A stretch of 64,000 nucleotides of DNA, taken from contig CAWHAE010000009.1 in NCBI GenBank assembly GCA_963827235.1, positions 480,001-544,000 of the forward strand, read 5' to 3'. This DNA comes from an uncultured bacterium. GTDB lineage: Bacteria; Chloroflexota; UBA5177; JANWHV01. Below, one piece after another: positions 60,235-64,000 of this stretch (position 1 is its first letter; every line of letters starts with the position of its first letter). The translations under genes and the position numbers were made by a program. The notes beneath the pieces were generated by a model. That model saw nothing but the letters and a program-made list of their open reading frames with translations, had not been told where the DNA came from and made no database searches.

Positions 60235-61020
60235 CTAGGCGGAGAGCGTCTCCCCGGTTTCCAGCAGCGTCTTGAGGTCCGAGAGGACCCTCGGCCAGCC
60301 GCCGCCGACACTCTCCAGCACGGGGCTCTCGGGCTCGAAGTCGTCGTGGACCACCGTCAGCTTGACCATTTGCCCGAGCGGCTCGATGTCGAAGGTGACC
60401 TTCGACCGCCGCTCAGTAGAGACTTTTGCCAGGAATTCCGGGCTGAAGCCGTGGAGCGCGGCCCACTCAGGCGTAAAGGTGTGCCAGGTGTATGCCAGGC
60501 GGCGATAGGGATCCGACTCCAGAATGACCTGTGCCGGATCGGAGATGGTTACAGCGCCCTGCTCCAGCGTGAACGTCGAGCCCGGTTTCCAGTCCGAGAG
60601 GAACGCCACACCCCAATACCGCCGGGTGAACGCGGGCTCGGTCAGCGCCTGCCAGAGCTGCTCGGGTGTGGTCTTGATATACGTCGTGTAGACAAACTCG
60701 GGCTTGGACATCCGTGTCCCCTCCAGTGCTCGCTTCAGGTCGGCCAGGGCATGGACCCGCGCCTGGTGGTAACGGTCAATCCACCGGTCGGAGATTTCGT
60801 TGATCGGCGCCGCGTTGAGGTAGTGCAGCTTTTCCCTGCCCCTGCGCACCGTCGCGACGAGACCGGCTGCCTCCAGCACCGCGAGATGCTTACTCACGGA
60901 CTGCCGAGCCATCTCCAGCCCCTCGCACAGCTCGCGCAGGCTCTGGCCGCCCCTGGCGTTCAAGCTGTCCAGCAACCGGCGGCGGCTCGGGTCGGCCAGG
61001 GCCTTGAATACCTCATCCAT
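60235..61020 (-). CDS. ArsR-family HTH fused to SRPBCC (AHSA1-like) domain
   Basis: VFKALADPSRR.LLD.L...RQSVSKHL.VLE; YIKTTPEQLWQALT...GWP.VLS.LKTLLE. Confidence 0.9.
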   Translation of the reverse strand: MDEVFKALADPSRRRLLDSLNARGGQSLRELCEGLEMARQSVSKHLAVLEAAGLVATVRRGREKLHYLNAAPINEISDRWIDRYHQARVHALADLKRALEGTRMSKPEFVYTTYIKTTPEQLWQALTEPAFTRRYWGVAFLSDWKPGSTFTLEQGAVTISDPAQVILESDPYRRLAYTWHTFTPEWAALHGFSPEFLAKVSTERRSKVTFDIEPLGQMVKLTVVHDDFEPESPVLESVGGGWPRVLSDLKTLLETGETLSA

Positions 61021-61054
61021 GGCATGCCGTCCTCGTTATACGGCGCGCCGTGTC

Positions 61055-61501
61055 TCAGCCCCAGCTGCTGATCTGCAGCTCGCCGGGATAAGGTGTCGCC
61101 CGGCCGCCCTCGAGCGACGCCTTCAATCCGAGCAGAAAGAGTGCCCACTTGGTACTGCAATGGGCCTGCATCTCGGTCGGCTCGCGCCAGCCCGCATGGT
61201 CGAACAGCAACACGGTCTCATTCTCGGACGATGCGAGCTCAAAGGCGATCGTCGTGCCGACCCAGTCATCCGGACCGACTACGCAGCGCCAGGCGACGCG
61301 ATCGGCCGGAGCTGCCTCGGTGACCTCCATGACGACGGCCGGCTCGGGCCCGCCGAAAAAGAAGCTCAGCCTGCCGCCTACGGCCGGGTCGCCGTCGAGC
61401 TGGCGTGTCCACCATTGGGAAAGACCGTCCAGGGTCGTCAGTGTTTCGTATACCCGCCCTTGCGGCGCGGCAATGCCCACCCGATGCCTGATCTCGGCCA
61501 C
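61055..61501 (-). CDS. SRPBCC domain protein
   Basis: VYETLTT.DGLSQWW, WVGT.I.FEL, HAGW, W..FL..LK..LE.G. Confidence 0.88.
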   Translation of the reverse strand: MAEIRHRVGIAAPQGRVYETLTTLDGLSQWWTRQLDGDPAVGGRLSFFFGGPEPAVVMEVTEAAPADRVAWRCVVGPDDWVGTTIAFELASSENETVLLFDHAGWREPTEMQAHCSTKWALFLLGLKASLEGGRATPYPGELQISSWG

Positions 61502-61528
61502 GTCTCACTCCGTTCGCCCACTACACAT

Positions 61529-61580
61529 GCAGCCGAATGGCTGCCTTTTTAGTATAGGTAGCCGAATGGCTGCATGTCAA
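61529..61580 (-). promoter_or_regulatory. Promoter with two ArsR-type operator palindromes
   Basis: Minus strand TTGACA-18-TATACT; G(C/T)AGCC-GAAT-GGCTGC at 61529-61544 and 61558-61573. Confidence 0.75.
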
Positions 61581-61712
61581 GACGATCTCTTCGCTGGCGG
61601 CGATCGTGAACGCGACGCGCGGGCGGTGCCGGCGGCACGATCCGTCGTTCTGTCGAGGACGGGGCCGTACCGGGGTTATCGAGAGCTCACGCTATCCGGC
61701 GAGCAAGCCGCT

Positions 61713-61964
61713 TCAGGCAGCGTGGCGCTCGCGGGTGGCGACGCCTGTCGCGTGCGCGTGCCCGGTCTCGGCGCGCCGTCTGAAGGCACTGCGCACGCGA
61801 TCCAGGCCGTAGCTGAAGAGGCCGGGCTGATTCCGGCAGCCTTCCACGACTTCGCGGTACTCCTCGTAGGAGCTTTCGCCGCGCTGGTAGTCTTTGCGGG
61901 CCATGTAGAGCATGAAAGCGCGATCCTCGGCGGTGAGCCGGGCCGGCTTCTGTGTTGCGTTCAT
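61713..61964 (-). CDS. Small hypothetical protein
   Basis: 83-aa ORF with GGAG SD; plausible helical sequence. Confidence 0.45.
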   Translation of the reverse strand: MNATQKPARLTAEDRAFMLYMARKDYQRGESSYEEYREVVEGCRNQPGLFSYGLDRVRSAFRRRAETGHAHATGVATRERHAA

Positions 61965-62442
61965 GTGATACTCCGACGTGGTTGGTCCAGGCCGGTGCGG
62001 CCATGCAGCGCGCGGCCGGCATCCGGCATGAACAGAGCTAGCCGGCCCCGGTGGAGGGACGGCGTCTCAGATGGGGACGGGGACCAACCAGCCGAAGCGG
62101 GCGCCGGCAGACCATACGGCGTGCCGGGCATAGGCAGATTACAGGGCGTCGGCGGTGACGGGACTCGCGTAGCAGCCTGCCATGGACCGCGGCGCCCTGG
62201 AAGGAGCGGCGTCTCGTGCGCCGTTGCACGTCTACGCCCCTACTGATGTCATCGTAGCAGTAGAGAGACGTGGTATCGCAGAGGCGAAGGTCGGCCATGG
62301 CACAGTCCTTGTGACGCCCATGCGGCAGGGCTTTCTCCCTGCCGGGCGCGCCATTCGGCATGTCCGGCAGCGAGGCCTGCCGCCTCATAGGCGCAGCAGG
62401 ACGACGCTGGTAGCGCGAGCAGCCGGACATTGCCGGCGTTCT

Positions 62443-63255
62443 TCAGCAAGCCGCTGAGCGGCCGGCTGTCTTGACCGCCTCTATATAGAAGTAGTGTCCG
62501 CGCACGTGCAGGCCGCCGTGCAGCACGATCTGCTCGTGCAACAGAATCAGGCGATCGCGATAGGTGTCCAGGCTGTAGTCGGGCACTGCCCACGGGATGG
62601 CCTTGAGGTAATAGGCAACCGCGCCGACATCCATGAACACGGTCTCCGGGTACTCTTCTCTCTGCTCAGCTACAAGAAAGCCGGCGTGCTCCAGCTGCCG
62701 GACCGCGAAGGCGCAATCCCAGGCGGTCGTGTGCCGGGGCGCGCCAAGCGCGTCGGCGAGCGTCTCCAGATGCCTGCCGCCCACTTGCTGGGTGACGAAT
62801 CGGCCGCCGGCGCCCAACACACGCAGTACCTCGCGCGGCACGTAGCTTTCGTGCCGGTTGATCACCAGCGAGAAGCTCGCAATGGGAAAGGGCAGCACGC
62901 CGCTCTCGCACTTCGGTGTGAGGTCGAGGTTGTCGGGCGCGCCCGCGACATGCACGACCTCCACGCCCAGCGGTGCCAGGCGTGCCCGCGCGATGGGCAC
63001 GTTGGGTGCATAGGCTTCCGTGGCGGCCGTCCGCACCGGCAGCGGCGCCAGCGAGGCGAGCATCTCGCCGCCGCCCGTGCCCATGTCGAGCAGCGTGGCT
63101 GTCGACGAGAGCCGTTGCCGCACGTGAGCCGGATAGTCCCAGGTCGGCTGTTCTTCCAGCATCCGCCCCTGAAGATAGGAAAAGTCCCAGCCCGAGAACG
63201 GCTGCCGGATCGCCGCCTCGACGAGTGCGTCGCACGTACGTTCATAATCTGCCAT
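62443..63255 (-). CDS. Class I SAM-dependent methyltransferase
   Basis: FSGWDFSYL, LLDMGTGGGE, LVINRHE, FVTQQVG. Confidence 0.88.
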   Translation of the reverse strand: MADYERTCDALVEAAIRQPFSGWDFSYLQGRMLEEQPTWDYPAHVRQRLSSTATLLDMGTGGGEMLASLAPLPVRTAATEAYAPNVPIARARLAPLGVEVVHVAGAPDNLDLTPKCESGVLPFPIASFSLVINRHESYVPREVLRVLGAGGRFVTQQVGGRHLETLADALGAPRHTTAWDCAFAVRQLEHAGFLVAEQREEYPETVFMDVGAVAYYLKAIPWAVPDYSLDTYRDRLILLHEQIVLHGGLHVRGHYFYIEAVKTAGRSAAC

Positions 63256-63549
63256 GCGGCTATGGTACTCCGCGCGTACAACGCGTTGCGGCGGGACACG
63301 TGCCCGTCCGCCACTTGCCCCGCCGACAGAGCACGATCCGGCCGTTATTGTTAACATTACGATACTCAGGACGGGGCTCTTGCCGGAACACACCAGGCGG
63401 GTGGCCCGTGTCTGCCGTGCGTGGTCTTGGTGGAAAGGAATTCCAGGGCGAGCGACTGGACTGTACTCTCCGGACAGGTGCGTCAGCGCGAGATGGCCGG
63501 CGGCCTGCTACGACCCGGGGAGTGTGTCCGTTCGGTAGAGAGGGAGCTT

Positions 63550-64000
63550 ATGAGTACCGAGGTGACGGCCGGGAGTAGTGAGATGGGCGTGGCAGCCCAC
63601 CCTGAGGTCGTGCCGGCGCCCGACGTGGCCGCTCCGCATACAGGAGAGGAAGCTCCACTCTTCATCAACCGGGAGTTGAGCTGGCTCGACTTCAATCGGC
63701 GCGTCCTGGAAGACGCCGCGGATCCCCGGCATCCGCTGCTGGAACGGGTCAAGTTCCTCTCCATCTTCAATTCGAACCTGGACGAGTTCTTCATGATCCG
63801 GGTTTCCGGTCTCAAGGAGCAGGTCCAGGCCGGGTTGAGCGAAGAGGGGCCGGATGGCCTGACCGTCACCGAGCAGCTCCGAGAGATTCGCAAGGTAATC
63901 GTGCGGGATGTTGCCGAACAGCGTCGCCTGCTGACCTCCGAGCTGCTGCCGCGACTGGCCGAGCAGGGCATCCGCGTGGTCGAGTATTGGGATTTGCCCG
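63550..64000 (+). CDS. ppk1: Polyphosphate kinase 1 (5' part, runs off the window)
   Basis: FINRELSWLDFNRRVLE...PLLERVKFLSIFNSNLDEFFMIRV.GLK. Confidence 0.93.
   Translation, partial: MSTEVTAGSSEMGVAAHPEVVPAPDVAAPHTGEEAPLFINRELSWLDFNRRVLEDAADPRHPLLERVKFLSIFNSNLDEFFMIRVSGLKEQVQAGLSEEGPDGLTVTEQLREIRKVIVRDVAEQRRLLTSELLPRLAEQGIRVVEYWDLP

Noticed and set aside
1-64000. tRNA, rRNA, IS/transposase, prophage or CRISPR-Cas
   Set aside because: None recognised in the sequence or the ORF track.

Overview
High-GC bacterial chromosomal window. The gene repertoire suggests a soil monoderm, possibly Chloroflexota, but this is an inference. It holds mostly accessory and housekeeping genes: EamA, an Amt ammonium transporter, an S53 peptidase, an ArsA/Get3-like ATPase, a GH51 arabinofuranosidase, a RHH/RelE-ParE TA pair, metG, a KimA-like transporter, cydDCAB, ArsR/SRPBCC genes, the 5' part of ppk1, four GT-C-type membrane proteins and two zinc-ribbon Ser/Thr kinases. 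The best candidate for an undescribed system is a chemosensory-like cluster (35.7-45.9 kb) with no CheR/CheB. It comprises a sensor-less MCP with a highly divergent tip, a small soluble protein with two degenerate MCP-tip-like segments, a two-Hpt CheA carrying an internal DICT-like sensory domain, two CheW-like proteins, two single-domain response regulators, an unknown acidic protein and an EspR-like regulator. Other oddities are a MetRS with altered HIGH and KMSKS motifs (SAGS, KGSKS), a sugar-ABC permease fused to a TMTC-like membrane domain, a tandem structured repeat, several decayed TA fragments and three single-indel frameshifts that may be assembly errors. All family calls come from motif recognition by eye; no searches were run.
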